Source of the DNA: Longimicrobiales bacterium
GTDB lineage: Bacteria; Gemmatimonadota; Gemmatimonadetes; Longimicrobiales; Gaopeijiaceae
Direction of reading: 5' to 3'
DNA length: 64,000 nt
NCBI GenBank assembly: GCA_965202805.1
Contig: OZ241869.1
Location: 3,328,001 to 3,392,000, forward strand
The translations under genes and the position numbers were made by a program. Positions 1-10,047 of this stretch are shown in pieces. Below the pieces are notes generated by a model that was not told where the DNA came from, made no database searches, and saw only the letters and a program-made list of their open reading frames with translations. Numbering within the stretch: position 1 is the first letter of the stretch; the number at the start of each line of letters is the position of its first letter.

Positions 1-2
1 CC

Positions 3-2513
3 GACGTCCGCGACGGCCTGAAGCCCGTACACCGTCGCATCCTCTACGCGATGAGCGAGCTGGGGCTCGGCCCCACGCGCCCCTACAAGAAGAGCGCGAC
101 CGTCGTCGGCGAGGTGCTGGGCAAGTACCATCCGCACGGCGACTCGGCGGTCTACGACTCCATGGCGCGCATGGTGCAGGACTTCTCGCTGCGCTATCCG
201 CTGGTGGACGGCCAGGGCAACTTCGGCTCCATCGACGGGGATTCCCCCGCGGCCTACCGCTACACCGAGGCGCGGCTCACCCCGCTGGCGACCCAGCTCC
301 TCACCGACATCGATGAAGAGACCGTCGACTTCATCCCCAACTTCGACGGCCGCATCGACGAGCCCACGGTGCTGCCCGCGCGCGCGCCCAACCTGCTCGT
401 CAACGGCAGCTCGGGGATCGCGGTGGGGATGGCCACCAACATCCCGCCCCACAACCTGCGCGAGGTGGTGGATGCGACCATCGCGCTGATCGAGAACCCG
501 GACCTGCCGCAGGAGGTGCTGGAGAGCATCGTGACCGGGCCGGATTTCCCGACCGGCGCCTTCATCTGCGGCCGCCGCGGCATCCGCGACGCCTACCGCA
601 CCGGCCGCGGCCGAATCGTGATGCGCGCCCGCGCCGACGTGGAGGAGGCCGGCAAGCGCGGCAACGCCCGCATCGTGGTGCGCGCGATCCCCTTCATGGT
701 CAACAAGACCCGCCTGATCGAGCAGATCGCCCAGATGGTGCGCGAGAAGAAGCTCACCCAGGTGTCGGCGCTGCGCGACGAGTCGGACCGCGACGGCATG
801 CGCATCGTGATCGAGCTGAAGCGCGCCACCGTCCCCCAGGTGGTGCTCAACCTGCTCTACAAGCACACCCAGATGCAGGCGACCTTCGGCACCATCCTGC
901 TCGCGCTGGTGAACGGCGTGCCGCGGGTGATGGGACTTCGCGAAATCCTCTTCCACTTCGTGGATCACCGGCACGACGTGGTGGTGCGGCGAAGCGAGTT
1001 CAGGCTCGCGAAGGCCAGGGCGCGCGAACACATCCTCGAGGGCCTCGAGATCGCCGTCGACAACATCGACCGGGTGATCGCCATCATCCGCTCCTCACCG
1101 GATACCGCGACCGCGATGGCGCGGCTGAGGGCCGAGGAGTTCCGGGTGGATGCCGAGGAGCTGGCGGCGCGGGCCGACTCCGCCGAGGATGCCCGGCTGC
1201 TGGAAGCGGAGGCAGGGGAAGCACCGTCCCTCCGCCTTACGGAGCGTCAGGCCGAGGCCATCCTCAACATGCGCCTGGCCCGGCTCACAGGCCTCGAGAT
1301 CGACAAGCTGGAGCGGGAGCTGGCCGACGTGCGCGCCGTCATCGCGGAGCTGGACGAGATCCTCTCCAGCAGACTTCGGCGCATGCAGATCATCGTCGAG
1401 GAGCTCCGGGAGGTCGCGAAGCGGTTCGGGGACGACAGGCGGACCGAGATCCTCACCGGCGTGGCCGACCTGGAGATGGAGGACCTCATCAAGGACGAGG
1501 AGGTCGTGCTCACCGTCAGCCGGCAGGGCTACCTGAAGCGCATCCCGCTGACGGCGTATCGCGCGCAGCGGCGCGGCGGCCGCGGGCTCAAGGGCATGGC
1601 CACCAAGGACGAGGACGAGGTCGGGCACCTCTTCGTGGCGAACACCCACGACTACCTGATGATCTTCACCCGGTCGGGGAAGTGCCACTGGATCAAGGTC
1701 TGGGAGGCGCCCGACGCGGGGCGCTACTCGCGCGGCAAGCCGGTGGTGAACCTGCGCAACATCGACCCCAGGGACGGGATCGCGGCGTTCGTGCCGGTGC
1801 GCACCTTCGCACCGGACTGCCATCTGCTGTTCTGCACCCGCAAGGGCATCGTCAAGAAGACGCCGCTGTCGGCGTACGGCAACGTCCGCATGGTGGGCAT
1901 CCACGCCATTCGGGTGGATGAGGACGACGAGCTGATCGACGTGCAGATCACGGACGGCGCCAGCGAGGTACTTCTGGCGACGCGCGAGGGCATGGCCATC
2001 CGCTTCCACGAATCGGATGTGCGTCCCATGGGACGGGTGGCGCGCGGGGTGAACGGCATTCGCCTGCGTGAGGGCGACGAAGTCGTGGGCATGATGGTGC
2101 CCTCGGAGGATTCGTCGATCCTGGTGGCCACCCGCGGGGGCATGGGCAAGCGCTCGGCCGTCGGCGAGTACCGGCTGCAGCGGCGCGGGGGGTTCGGGGT
2201 CATCAACATGAAGACGACCGACAGGACGGGGCCGGTGGTGGCGGTGAAGGCCGTGCACCCGTCCGACGAGCTCATGCTGATTACGCGCAACGGGGTGGTG
2301 AACCGGCAGCGGGTGGAGGAGATCCGTGTGATCGGCCGCGTGACCCAGGGGGTGCGCCTGCTGAACCTGGACGAGAACGACGAGCTGGTGGACCTGGCGC
2401 GCGTGATGGGCGACAACGGGGACGGCGAGGAAGCCGGCCGCGAGGCTGAAGGCAACGGACCGCAAGCTGGCCGGGAGGCGGTTGCGGGCGCCGAGCGGGA
2501 GCGCACCGGGTGA
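3..2513 (+). CDS. gyrA: DNA gyrase subunit A (5' end outside window)
   Basis: Frame open from base 3 ([17 protein letters not shown]); [11 protein letters not shown], catalytic [21 protein letters not shown]; GyrA-box QRRGGRG and C-terminal pinwheel repeats. Confidence 0.97.
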   Translation, partial: DVRDGLKPVHRRILYAMSELGLGPTRPYKKSATVVGEVLGKYHPHGDSAVYDSMARMVQDFSLRYPLVDGQGNFGSIDGDSPAAYRYTEARLTPLATQLLTDIDEETVDFIPNFDGRIDEPTVLPARAPNLLVNGSSGIAVGMATNIPPHNLREVVDATIALIENPDLPQEVLESIVTGPDFPTGAFICGRRGIRDAYRTGRGRIVMRARADVEEAGKRGNARIVVRAIPFMVNKTRLIEQIAQMVREKKLTQVSALRDESDRDGMRIVIELKRATVPQVVLNLLYKHTQMQATFGTILLALVNGVPRVMGLREILFHFVDHRHDVVVRRSEFRLAKARAREHILEGLEIAVDNIDRVIAIIRSSPDTATAMARLRAEEFRVDAEELAARADSAEDARLLEAEAGEAPSLRLTERQAEAILNMRLARLTGLEIDKLERELADVRAVIAELDEILSSRLRRMQIIVEELREVAKRFGDDRRTEILTGVADLEMEDLIKDEEVVLTVSRQGYLKRIPLTAYRAQRRGGRGLKGMATKDEDEVGHLFVANTHDYLMIFTRSGKCHWIKVWEAPDAGRYSRGKPVVNLRNIDPRDGIAAFVPVRTFAPDCHLLFCTRKGIVKKTPLSAYGNVRMVGIHAIRVDEDDELIDVQITDGASEVLLATREGMAIRFHESDVRPMGRVARGVNGIRLREGDEVVGMMVPSEDSSILVATRGGMGKRSAVGEYRLQRRGGFGVINMKTTDRTGPVVAVKAVHPSDELMLITRNGVVNRQRVEEIRVIGRVTQGVRLLNLDENDELVDLARVMGDNGDGEEAGREAEGNGPQAGREAVAGAERERTG

Positions 2514-3484
2514 CGGCTCCGTCGCTCGACAGCGTACGTGCGGCGGCGGCGCGCCTTGAGGGCGTGGCGGTGCGCACGCCGCTGCTCTGGTCCCCCGACC
2601 TCTCCGACGAGGTGGGCGCGAGCGTGCGCCTGAAGTGCGAGTCGCTCCAGCGCTGCGGCGCCTTCAAGCTGCGCGGAAGCTACAACTTCATCTCCCGGCT
2701 CTCCGACGAGGATGTGGCGCGCGGCGTGATCACCTACTCCTCGGGCAATCACGCCCAGGGGGTGGCGCTGGCGGCCCGCATCCGCGGCGTGCGCGCGGTG
2801 GTGGTCATGCCGACCACGGCGCCGGCGGTGAAGCATCGGGGCGCGGCCCGGCTCGGTGCCGAGGTCGTGTTCGAGGGCACCACCTCGGTGGAGCGGCGCG
2901 CGCGGGCGGAGGAGATCGCCGCCGCCGAGGGGCTCGTGATCGTTCCGCCCTTCGACCATCCGGACATCATCTCGGGACAGGGCACGGTGGGCCTGGAGAT
3001 CGCGGCGGACTGGCCCGAGGTGGACACCGCGGTCGTCCCCATCGGTGGTGGCGGGCTGGCGGCGGGCACGGCGGTGGCGTTGCGGGCGCTGCGCCCCGGC
3101 ATGCGCATCATCGGGGTGGAACCCGAGGGCGCGCCGTCGATGCGGGCCGCGCTGGACGCGGGCCGGGTGGTGCGCATCGACCGCATCGACACCATCGCCG
3201 ACGGGCTGGCGCCGGTGCAGGTGGGCGACCTCACCTACGCGCTCGTGCGCGACCTGTTGGACGAGGTGGTGCTCGTGTCCGACGCCGCCATCCGGGAGGC
3301 GGCCGTTTTCCTGCTCGAGCGCGCCAAGCTGGTGGCCGAGTTCTCCGGGGCGGCCACGGTGGCGGCGCTGCGGTCGGGGGCCGCCGGCTTCGGCGACCGG
3401 ATCGCCGCCGTGATCAGCGGCGGCAACGCCGACGTCGCCGCGCTGGTGGCGCGCACGGGTTCGCCGGCGAGAGTTCGGGCTTAG
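2510..3484 (+). CDS. PLP-dependent threonine/serine dehydratase (serine racemase-like, no ACT domain)
   Basis: [35 protein letters not shown] motifs; GTG start overlaps gyrA stop (GTGA). Confidence 0.9.
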   Translation: MTAPSLDSVRAAAARLEGVAVRTPLLWSPDLSDEVGASVRLKCESLQRCGAFKLRGSYNFISRLSDEDVARGVITYSSGNHAQGVALAARIRGVRAVVVMPTTAPAVKHRGAARLGAEVVFEGTTSVERRARAEEIAAAEGLVIVPPFDHPDIISGQGTVGLEIAADWPEVDTAVVPIGGGGLAAGTAVALRALRPGMRIIGVEPEGAPSMRAALDAGRVVRIDRIDTIADGLAPVQVGDLTYALVRDLLDEVVLVSDAAIREAAVFLLERAKLVAEFSGAATVAALRSGAAGFGDRIAAVISGGNADVAALVARTGSPARVRA

Positions 3485-3526
3485 CTAAGGCAAGTGAACT
3501 TAGTCCGACAGTCGCCCCGACCTGCC

Positions 3527-4213
3527 GTGAAGCGCCTCATCCTCTTCGATATCGACGGCACCCTGGTGTGGGGAGGCCCGGCCAAGGAGGCGTTCACCCA
3601 TGCGCTGATCGAGGTGTACGGCACCACCGGTCCGGTGAACCTGGTGTCCTTTGCGGGCAGGACCGACCCGCAGATCGCGCGCGAACTCCTGCGCAAGGCG
3701 GGACTGGACGACGGCCGCATCGACGAGGGACTGCCCAGACTGTGGACGCTCTACCCGCGTGAGCTCGAGCGGCGCCTGCCCGCGAAGCCGGTCACGGCGC
3801 TTCCGGGCGTGCGCGAACTGCTGGCGGCGCTGGACGACCGCCAGGAGGTGGCGATGGGTCTGGTCACCGGCAACATCCGCGAGGGCGCGCGCCTGAAGCT
3901 GGGTTCCGCCGGGCTGGCCGCGGATGCGTTTCCGGCGGGCGGCTTCGGCTGCGACCGGGAGAGCCGCAACCACCTGCCCGCCGTCGCGGTCGGCAGGGCG
4001 GAGCAGGTGTGGGGGGTGCGCTTTCCCCCCGAATCGGTGGTGGTCGTGGGGGACACCCCGCTCGACGTGGAGTGCGGCCGGCACTTCGGGGCGCGCACCT
4101 TCGCCGTGGCCACCGGGCACTTCAGCGCCGCGGACCTCGAGGCCACCGGCGCGGACCACGTCGCGACCGACCTGACCCGCACCCGGGAAGTGGTCGAAGT
4201 GCTCACGGCCTGA
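3527..4213 (+). CDS. HAD-superfamily hydrolase/phosphatase
   Basis: Motif I LILFDIDGTL, VTGN, motif IV VGDTPLD; start uncertain (3494 or 3527). Confidence 0.88.
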   Translation: MKRLILFDIDGTLVWGGPAKEAFTHALIEVYGTTGPVNLVSFAGRTDPQIARELLRKAGLDDGRIDEGLPRLWTLYPRELERRLPAKPVTALPGVRELLAALDDRQEVAMGLVTGNIREGARLKLGSAGLAADAFPAGGFGCDRESRNHLPAVAVGRAEQVWGVRFPPESVVVVGDTPLDVECGRHFGARTFAVATGHFSAADLEATGADHVATDLTRTREVVEVLTA

Positions 4214-4370
4214 CAAGGGTGGGCCGCGGCGCTCCATCTTGTGCGCGGGTTCGCCGACGCGCCAAGTTTAGCCTGCGGCCGGAGGTGAGGGACGCGCATC
4301 GCGCCCGCCACCCCATCACGCGCCCGGACGCGCGTGGTTTATCGACAACGACCGGCGACGGAGTATACGG

Positions 4371-5117
4371 ATGCCCAGCAGAGCGCAGCAGCGAAAGGAA
4401 ATGAGGCAGAAGCCCGCGAGCGGCGGGGTCAAGCGCCTCTACCTCATCCTCGGCGGAGTGGGGCTCATCGGAGTGGTGGCGGCGGTCTACACGACCGGAT
4501 CGACGGTGTTCAGCAACGCCGTCACCGAGCCCGTGGACCTGGGCGACCTCTCCGACGAGGAACTCGTGAATCTGGCCTACGGCTCGGAACTGGGAGACCC
4601 GGAAGCGCCCATATCGGTGGTGGAGTTCGGGGACTATCAGTGCCCGGCCTGCGCCATGTTCGCCTCGGGCGTGAAGCCCCTCATCGAGTTGAACCTGGTA
4701 GAGACCGGGCGGGCCAAGTTCGTCTTCTACGATCTGCCCATTTCGAGCATTCACTCCAACTCGTTCCTGGCGTCGAGAGCATCCCACTGCGCCGGCGACC
4801 AGGACCGCTACTGGGAATACCACACCACGCTCTTCGATAACCAGTTTTCGTGGGCGGCCTCGGGCGATCCTGTAGGCAACTTCGTGGGCTATGCCCGCGC
4901 CCTGGGGCTGGACGACGGCGCCTTCCGCGACTGCCTCAACTCGGCCCGGCACGCCGACCGGGTCACCGCGAACCTGCGCCTCGCCAGCGCGCTCAACCTG
5001 ACCAGCACCCCGAGCGTTCTGGTCAGCCGAGGAACCGGAGCCGCGAGGAGGCTGCCGGGCAACGACTACGTCACCATCGAGAGCGCGGTCGAGCAGCTGA
5101 CGGAAGGAGAGCCATGA
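4371..5117 (+). CDS. Membrane-anchored DsbA/BdbD-like thioredoxin-fold protein
   Basis: N-terminal TM helix, VEFGDYQCPAC, cis-Pro loop STPS. Confidence 0.88.
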   Translation: MPSRAQQRKEMRQKPASGGVKRLYLILGGVGLIGVVAAVYTTGSTVFSNAVTEPVDLGDLSDEELVNLAYGSELGDPEAPISVVEFGDYQCPACAMFASGVKPLIELNLVETGRAKFVFYDLPISSIHSNSFLASRASHCAGDQDRYWEYHTTLFDNQFSWAASGDPVGNFVGYARALGLDDGAFRDCLNSARHADRVTANLRLASALNLTSTPSVLVSRGTGAARRLPGNDYVTIESAVEQLTEGEP

Positions 5118-5323
5118 GCGCAGGCGATACGGCCACGGTGCGCCTGGTTTTCGTCGACAGGGGGGTCTATCACCACGAAGACGTCCGGCTCCCCAGCACC
5201 GGCCTGAACTCCAGCGAACGCCTCATCGACTGCCTCCGCGAAGACCCGGAAGTGCTCGGCGACCTCTACGTGGACCTCAAGCGGCTGTGCGCCGCGTACC
5301 GGGTGGAGGACGGGGGAGACTGA
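5114..5323 (+). CDS. Small hypothetical protein (69 aa)
   Basis: ATG overlaps upstream stop (ATGA), AGGAG RBS, protein-like composition (MSAGDTATVRLVFVDRG...LIDCLREDP). Confidence 0.65.
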   Translation: MSAGDTATVRLVFVDRGVYHHEDVRLPSTGLNSSERLIDCLREDPEVLGDLYVDLKRLCAAYRVEDGGD

Positions 5324-5345
5324 GCGGAGGCGAGCGCGTCCAGGG

Positions 5346-5900
5346 TCAGGCCGCATCCAGCACGCCGAGCGCCCGCTCCCGCGTCCATTCCTGCACCACG
5401 GGAGGAGGCCACGTGCCGGCGCCCGCGCGCTCCAGAATCCGCTCCGCTTCCTCCCGGGCGCGACGCGCCGTCGCCGCCTCCAGCGCATCCGCGTCCAGCG
5501 CGGCCTGAAGTTCGTCCTCGTCGAGGAGCCTGGGCGCCCGTCCCGGCTTCATCCACACGTCGAGAAAGAGATCGGTGGTGTGCCAGACGTGTCCGGGCAG
5601 CATCTCCACCGGCGTAAGGAGGTTGGCGTAGAAGCCGGTGAACGCGCCCCGGGAGTCGTGGAAACGCCCGATGTCGTGCCAGAGACCCGGGAACGTGAAC
5701 CAGACGATGTCGGATCCGGTTTCGAGCACGACCTCACCGTCCAGCTCCATCGGCGACGAGACGCGGATGCCGCCCGAGAAGGTGACGATCACCTCCGGGC
5801 TCTGATGGATGATGGGCTGGCGAAAGGTCTGCAGGTGATCCGGGGGCCTTAGGTAGTGGATGGTGACGCGGGGAAGGGAACAGCCCGGATTCGAGGTCAT
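5346..5900 (-). CDS. DUF402 (FomD-like) family protein, putative nucleoside phosphatase
   Basis: GFYANLLTP, TTDLFLDVW, LLDEDEL motifs; ATG at 5900 overlaps upstream stop. Confidence 0.8.
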   Translation of the reverse strand: MTSNPGCSLPRVTIHYLRPPDHLQTFRQPIIHQSPEVIVTFSGGIRVSSPMELDGEVVLETGSDIVWFTFPGLWHDIGRFHDSRGAFTGFYANLLTPVEMLPGHVWHTTDLFLDVWMKPGRAPRLLDEDELQAALDADALEAATARRAREEAERILERAGAGTWPPPVVQEWTRERALGVLDAA

Positions 5901-6259
5901 GCGCCGGGGTCGTCTTCGTCGCCGCCGGCGCCCGCGGACACCCGCTCCACGAAGATGTCCATGATGCCGCCGCACACCGCCGGGCTCCACCCCATCAGGT
6001 CCTCGGTGAGGTCGACCTTCACCAGGCGCGGGACTCCGTCGTCGATCACCTCATGCGCGGCTTCGATGACCTCCGCCTCCCCGCACCCGCCGCCGACCGT
6101 GCCCACCAGCCCGGTCTCCGGGTCCACCAGCATGCGCGAACCGGCCTTGCGCGGCGTCGACCCGCGCGTGGAGACGATGGTCGCGAGCGCCGCCCGCCTG
6201 CCGGCGCGCACGGTCGCGAGAACGGCTTCGTACACGTCCTGGTCGCCCGGCGAACTCAT
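5897..6259 (-). CDS. XdhC/CoxI N-terminal domain protein
   Basis: ATIVSTRGSTPRKAGSRM, GTVGGGCGE, CGGIMDIFVE. Confidence 0.88.
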   Translation of the reverse strand: MSSPGDQDVYEAVLATVRAGRRAALATIVSTRGSTPRKAGSRMLVDPETGLVGTVGGGCGEAEVIEAAHEVIDDGVPRLVKVDLTEDLMGWSPAVCGGIMDIFVERVSAGAGGDEDDPGA

Positions 6260-7242
6260 TTCACGCTCCCGGCAGGGGGTTTCTTCGCCAGGAAGCGCTC
6301 GACGATGCGCTCCCGGCCGCGCAACGGCGCTCCCGTCCCGCCGCGCCGCTCGAGGATCATCTCCCCCAGGACGCTCACCGCGATCTCGGCCGGCGTCTGC
6401 GCGCCGATGTCCAGGCCCACCGGAGCCCGCACGCGGGCGATGACATCGTGAGGGATGCCCTCCGCCTCCAGCTGCACGAAGGTTGCGCGCACGCGGCGGC
6501 GGCTGCCGATCATGCCGATGTAGGCCGGTGTCGCCTCACCGTGGCGGGCGAGCAGTCGGCGCAGGCACTCGTAGTCGTACTTGTGCCCGCGCGTCACCAG
6601 CACGAAATGGCACCCGGCGTGGACATCGATGCCGGAGAGGGGATCGGCGAAGTCGATGGTGCGCACGGCGGCGGCTTCCGGAAACCGCTCGCGGGTGGCG
6701 AACTCGGGGCGGTCGTCCAGCACGGTGACCTCGAAGTCGAGCAGGGTGCCCAGGGTGGCGAGCGGTTGGGCGATGTGGCCGGCGCCCACGACGATGAGCT
6801 CCTGGCGGGGGCGGTGGCCCTCCACGTACACCTGCAGACGCCGGCCCGCCGGCGTCTGCAGGTTGTGGAGGGACCCGCCGGGCCCGTGCGCCAGCCGTTC
6901 GCGGGTCGCGACGGCCAGCGCGGCCGCGTCCAGTTCGGGGTCGCCGAGCGATCCCTCGACCGCGTCCGGGCGCACCAGCATGCGGGCGCCCGCCGCCCGC
7001 CCGTCACTGTCCGAGACCACCAGCAGCTCGACCGTGCCCCGCGACCCGCGCAGCGACTCGAGGATGCGGGCGGCCGCGGTCGTCGCGTCGGGCGTCGCGA
7101 GATCGGGCTCGCCGGACGTGGGCGGGCCGGGCTCGCCGGGCGGCGCCGCGGGCGTCCGGTCGCGGTCGCCGGAAGCGCCCGCTACGTCGACGGGCGATCC
7201 GGAGGTCATGCCGTCGGGCCCAGACCGCTCGGGCATGGTCAC
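6256..7242 (-). CDS. XdhC family Moco-insertion chaperone (degenerate N domain + Rossmann domain)
   Basis: VGAGHIA, DDRPEFA, VTRGHKYD, YIGMIGSRRR, APVGLDIGAQTPAEIAVS; start 7242 (GTG) or 7236. Confidence 0.88.
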   Translation of the reverse strand: MTMPERSGPDGMTSGSPVDVAGASGDRDRTPAAPPGEPGPPTSGEPDLATPDATTAAARILESLRGSRGTVELLVVSDSDGRAAGARMLVRPDAVEGSLGDPELDAAALAVATRERLAHGPGGSLHNLQTPAGRRLQVYVEGHRPRQELIVVGAGHIAQPLATLGTLLDFEVTVLDDRPEFATRERFPEAAAVRTIDFADPLSGIDVHAGCHFVLVTRGHKYDYECLRRLLARHGEATPAYIGMIGSRRRVRATFVQLEAEGIPHDVIARVRAPVGLDIGAQTPAEIAVSVLGEMILERRGGTGAPLRGRERIVERFLAKKPPAGSVK

Positions 7243-7838
7243 GCCACCTGGAAGTGGCTGCGGTACTCGGCGGGCGTGTCGATGTCCGCGACCACGCCCG
7301 CGTCTTCCACCACGCACTCGCGGACGCGGCCGGGGCGCCGCCGCACCACCGTGCGGGCCCCCTCGGGAAGGTCGGGGTCGAGAAGTTCGGCGAACAGGCG
7401 GCGGTGGAAGATGGCCGGGTGGCCGCGCCGGCCGCGCCAGGTCGGGATGACGATGTCGGTCGACCCCTCGTGGAAGCACGCCGCCAGCGACCGCACCGTG
7501 GCGCCCCTCACCAGCGGATGATCGACCGGGCAGATGGCGCATCCGTCCATCCCGCCGCCCCACCCCGCCAGCGCCAGCCGGATGGACGAGATGGGCCCTT
7601 CGTCGGGATCGGGGTTGGCTGCCACCACGGCGCCGGCCGCTTCCGCTTCCGCCGCCACGGCGCCGGCCGCCTCTCTCGCGACCACCACGACCGGGCCGCA
7701 CCCGCCCGCCGCCAGGGCGGACACGACACGCACCAGAAAGGACTGTCCACCCGCATCGAGAAGCGCCTTGGCGCTTCCCATGCGGGTGGACAGTCCGCAG
7801 GCGGGGACTACGCCCAGCAACCTCGATGGACGATCCAC
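7239..7838 (-). CDS. MocA/MobA-like nucleotidyltransferase (Moco cytidylyltransferase)
   Basis: GLSTRMGSAKALL, PVDHP, GHPAIF, DIDTPAEY; adjacent to xdhC genes. Confidence 0.85.
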   Translation of the reverse strand: MDRPSRLLGVVPACGLSTRMGSAKALLDAGGQSFLVRVVSALAAGGCGPVVVVAREAAGAVAAEAEAAGAVVAANPDPDEGPISSIRLALAGWGGGMDGCAICPVDHPLVRGATVRSLAACFHEGSTDIVIPTWRGRRGHPAIFHRRLFAELLDPDLPEGARTVVRRRPGRVRECVVEDAGVVADIDTPAEYRSHFQVA

Positions 7839-7887
7839 GAGACCGGGTGCCGGCCCGGGTGGCCGGACGGGCGCCCGGGCCGGCCGG

Positions 7888-8655
7888 TCAGAGGATGGGG
7901 CGGACCTGTGCGTTGCTCTCGTCGAGCGTGAACGCCACCGGCTCGCCTTCCACCATGAGGGGGACGTTCCAGTAGAGTTCGTCGAAGGAGCGCTCCCAGC
8001 GCGCGTACACCCAGTATTGCCCCGCGGGCGCGGCCAGGAGCGCGCTGCCCGAAGCGTCGGTGGTGTCCACGACCGGGTCGAGGCCGCTCACGTCGATCAT
8101 GAACTGGGACACCGTGCCGTATTCCGCGAACGCCTCGTCTCCCCACATCTCGCGCAGCATCCTGACCTGGTCGGCCTGCTCGATCATGGAACCCTGGATG
8201 GAGGTGAACTCCTCGAAGGCGGCGTCGCGCTGGCGCTCGACCTGGGCGAGTCGCTGCTCCTTCTCGTCGAACTCCATGAACAGCACCCGGTACTGGGCTT
8301 CGGCCGGATTCAGCCGCTCCATCTCCGTGCTGAGGTTCAGGAGATCCTCCCGCAGCAGCGACCACTCGCTTTCCAGGCTCTGCCATTCCCCCTGCGCCGC
8401 GGCGACCTGGTTCTGGGCCTCGAGCAGATCCGGTGGAATCTCCGGCTCGGGCGCGTCGGCCTCGCCCGCCAGAGAGTCGAAGATCGCGTCACGGTCGAAC
8501 GGAAGAAGCTGGACTTCCATGTCGGCCAACGGTCGCATCTCCGTGCCCTCGGCTCCGGTGACCTCCATCTGCGCATTGATCGTGACCTCGGTCGGCCCGC
8601 ATGCCGCGGAGGCGATCGTGCCGGCGAGAGCGAGGAAAAGGATTCCGTTCCGCAT
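7888..8655 (-). CDS. Hypothetical lipoprotein with central coiled coil
   Basis: MRNGILFLALAGTIASAAC lipobox-like signal; acidic heptad-rich middle. Confidence 0.7.
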   Translation of the reverse strand: MRNGILFLALAGTIASAACGPTEVTINAQMEVTGAEGTEMRPLADMEVQLLPFDRDAIFDSLAGEADAPEPEIPPDLLEAQNQVAAAQGEWQSLESEWSLLREDLLNLSTEMERLNPAEAQYRVLFMEFDEKEQRLAQVERQRDAAFEEFTSIQGSMIEQADQVRMLREMWGDEAFAEYGTVSQFMIDVSGLDPVVDTTDASGSALLAAPAGQYWVYARWERSFDELYWNVPLMVEGEPVAFTLDESNAQVRPIL

Positions 8656-8769
8656 GGTGCAGTTACTCCAGGCTATCACGTTGAAACTTCCGAGCTGGCT
8701 CCTTCCGGCTCGCATGCACATCCCTGCCATGTAATCGGGCCGCAAAGTAACTGTCCCCATGCCCTTGCA

Positions 8770-10047
8770 TCAAGACGGCGGCTCCCCTGGCCCGTAGACC
8801 AGCACGCGCGGTTCTCCCAGATCGGCTGCCGCCCGCTGGACCTCCTCGGAAGACAGACCCTGCAGGGGCGCGAGCAGTTCCCCCGGCCCGCCGTCCGTCG
8901 CCTCGATGAGCAGCCGGCGGCCTTCGCGCCCGGGCTCCGCGAGTTCGAGCGTCCTCGCGGACCGAAACCGCCGGTGCTGCATGTACAGGTCGTCCAGGGG
9001 GAGGGTTCCGGCGGACAGGCGCTCCACAATGTCGACGATACGTTGCTCCCAGGCTCGCACGGTCGGCCACTGGGCGGCGATCGTCACCTGAAGAACGGGC
9101 CCTCCGGGGAGCTCCCGCACTTCAGCCCGCCGGCTGATCAGCCCCGGGGCGGGCGGGTCGATAACGATCAGCTCCCCGATCAGGTGAGCCAGGAACTCCA
9201 TCGGCCGGCGCGGGCTGTCACCCGAAAACGGATAGGCGGCCAGGATCCAGTTGTTCGTGATGTCGTCGGCGACCGAAGTGCGCCCGCCCGTCTCCCACGT
9301 CCACCTCGAGGCACGCAGAGCCAGGGGCGCGCCCTCGATCACCCAGCCTTGCTCGCCGGGCCGTGCAATCGTCCGGTGCGCGCCGACGACGGATGCTCCC
9401 TCGGCGGGTGCGACCCCGCCAACCACCGCCACGCGCGCCCGGTCCAGCCGGTAGATGCGCGCCCGCGTCGCCTCCAGGGCCTCGACCGTCATGCCGCGCA
9501 CGCTGGACGCCGTTCCCATGGGAGCACGGGCCCGCCCCGCCCCGAGAAGCATCCGCTGAGCCTCCAGTTCGAACGCGCGCACGGGCGCGTCGCGCTGGAA
9601 GAACACCTGGCCGGACAGGTCGGCGCGCGCCTCTGCAGCCAGTGCCGGATCGAGCGGATCCGTGAGCAGCGTGCGGGTGAGGATTCGGTACGCCGCCGCC
9701 CAGTCGCTCGATGTGGTCCGCAGGGTGACCCAGGTGCGGTCGCCTTCCACTTCGATGTCCGCGGCCGCGCCCGTTGCCGCGAGATTGGCGCGGGCGGCCC
9801 GCTCGAGCACCAGGCCCAGAAGCCAGGCGGTTCCCTCGGCCCCGGGCGCGTCGTCGCCGTATCCGCCGGCGAAGGAGAGGGTGACGGTGACGGCGGAGGT
9901 CCAGGGCCGCTCGCTCACCGCCAGGAGTTCCAGCGTGTCCGGGACCGTCCGGGCGTGCGGCGCAGCCTCCGCGGGCGCGGCGTGCAGCAGGATCGCCCAG
10001 AACGCCGTCCACGCGAGCCGCCGCGTCGGAGGGCGTGAAATCGCCAT
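8770..10047 (-). CDS. M16 peptidase-like protein lacking HxxEH
   Basis: Signal peptide; GYGDDAPGAEGTAWLL at the HxxEH position; PMGTASSV and VAVVGGV M16-type segments. Confidence 0.65.
   Translation of the reverse strand: MAISRPPTRRLAWTAFWAILLHAAPAEAAPHARTVPDTLELLAVSERPWTSAVTVTLSFAGGYGDDAPGAEGTAWLLGLVLERAARANLAATGAAADIEVEGDRTWVTLRTTSSDWAAAYRILTRTLLTDPLDPALAAEARADLSGQVFFQRDAPVRAFELEAQRMLLGAGRARAPMGTASSVRGMTVEALEATRARIYRLDRARVAVVGGVAPAEGASVVGAHRTIARPGEQGWVIEGAPLALRASRWTWETGGRTSVADDITNNWILAAYPFSGDSPRRPMEFLAHLIGELIVIDPPAPGLISRRAEVRELPGGPVLQVTIAAQWPTVRAWEQRIVDIVERLSAGTLPLDDLYMQHRRFRSARTLELAEPGREGRRLLIEATDGGPGELLAPLQGLSSEEVQRAAADLGEPRVLVYGPGEPPS

Noticed and set aside
125..165. Possible quinolone-resistance substitutions in GyrA
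   Set aside because: [10 protein letters not shown] keeps the Ser83 and Asp87 equivalents
1130..1240. About 30-aa acidic insertion in the GyrA coiled-coil region
   Set aside because: Insertions at this position occur in other GyrA proteins; far too short for an intein and no splicing motifs
7841..7889. GC-rich inverted repeat between the lipoprotein gene and mocA
   Set aside because: No U-tract, such stems are common at this GC content, and I found no other copies
7534..10038. Very long opposite-strand or alternate-frame ORFs (e.g. 7534-10038 +, 26391-29201 +, 34483-37278 -, 53295-55478 +, 61482-63452 +)
   Set aside because: Shadow ORFs expected at high GC; they lie antisense to motif-supported genes and carry no recognisable motifs
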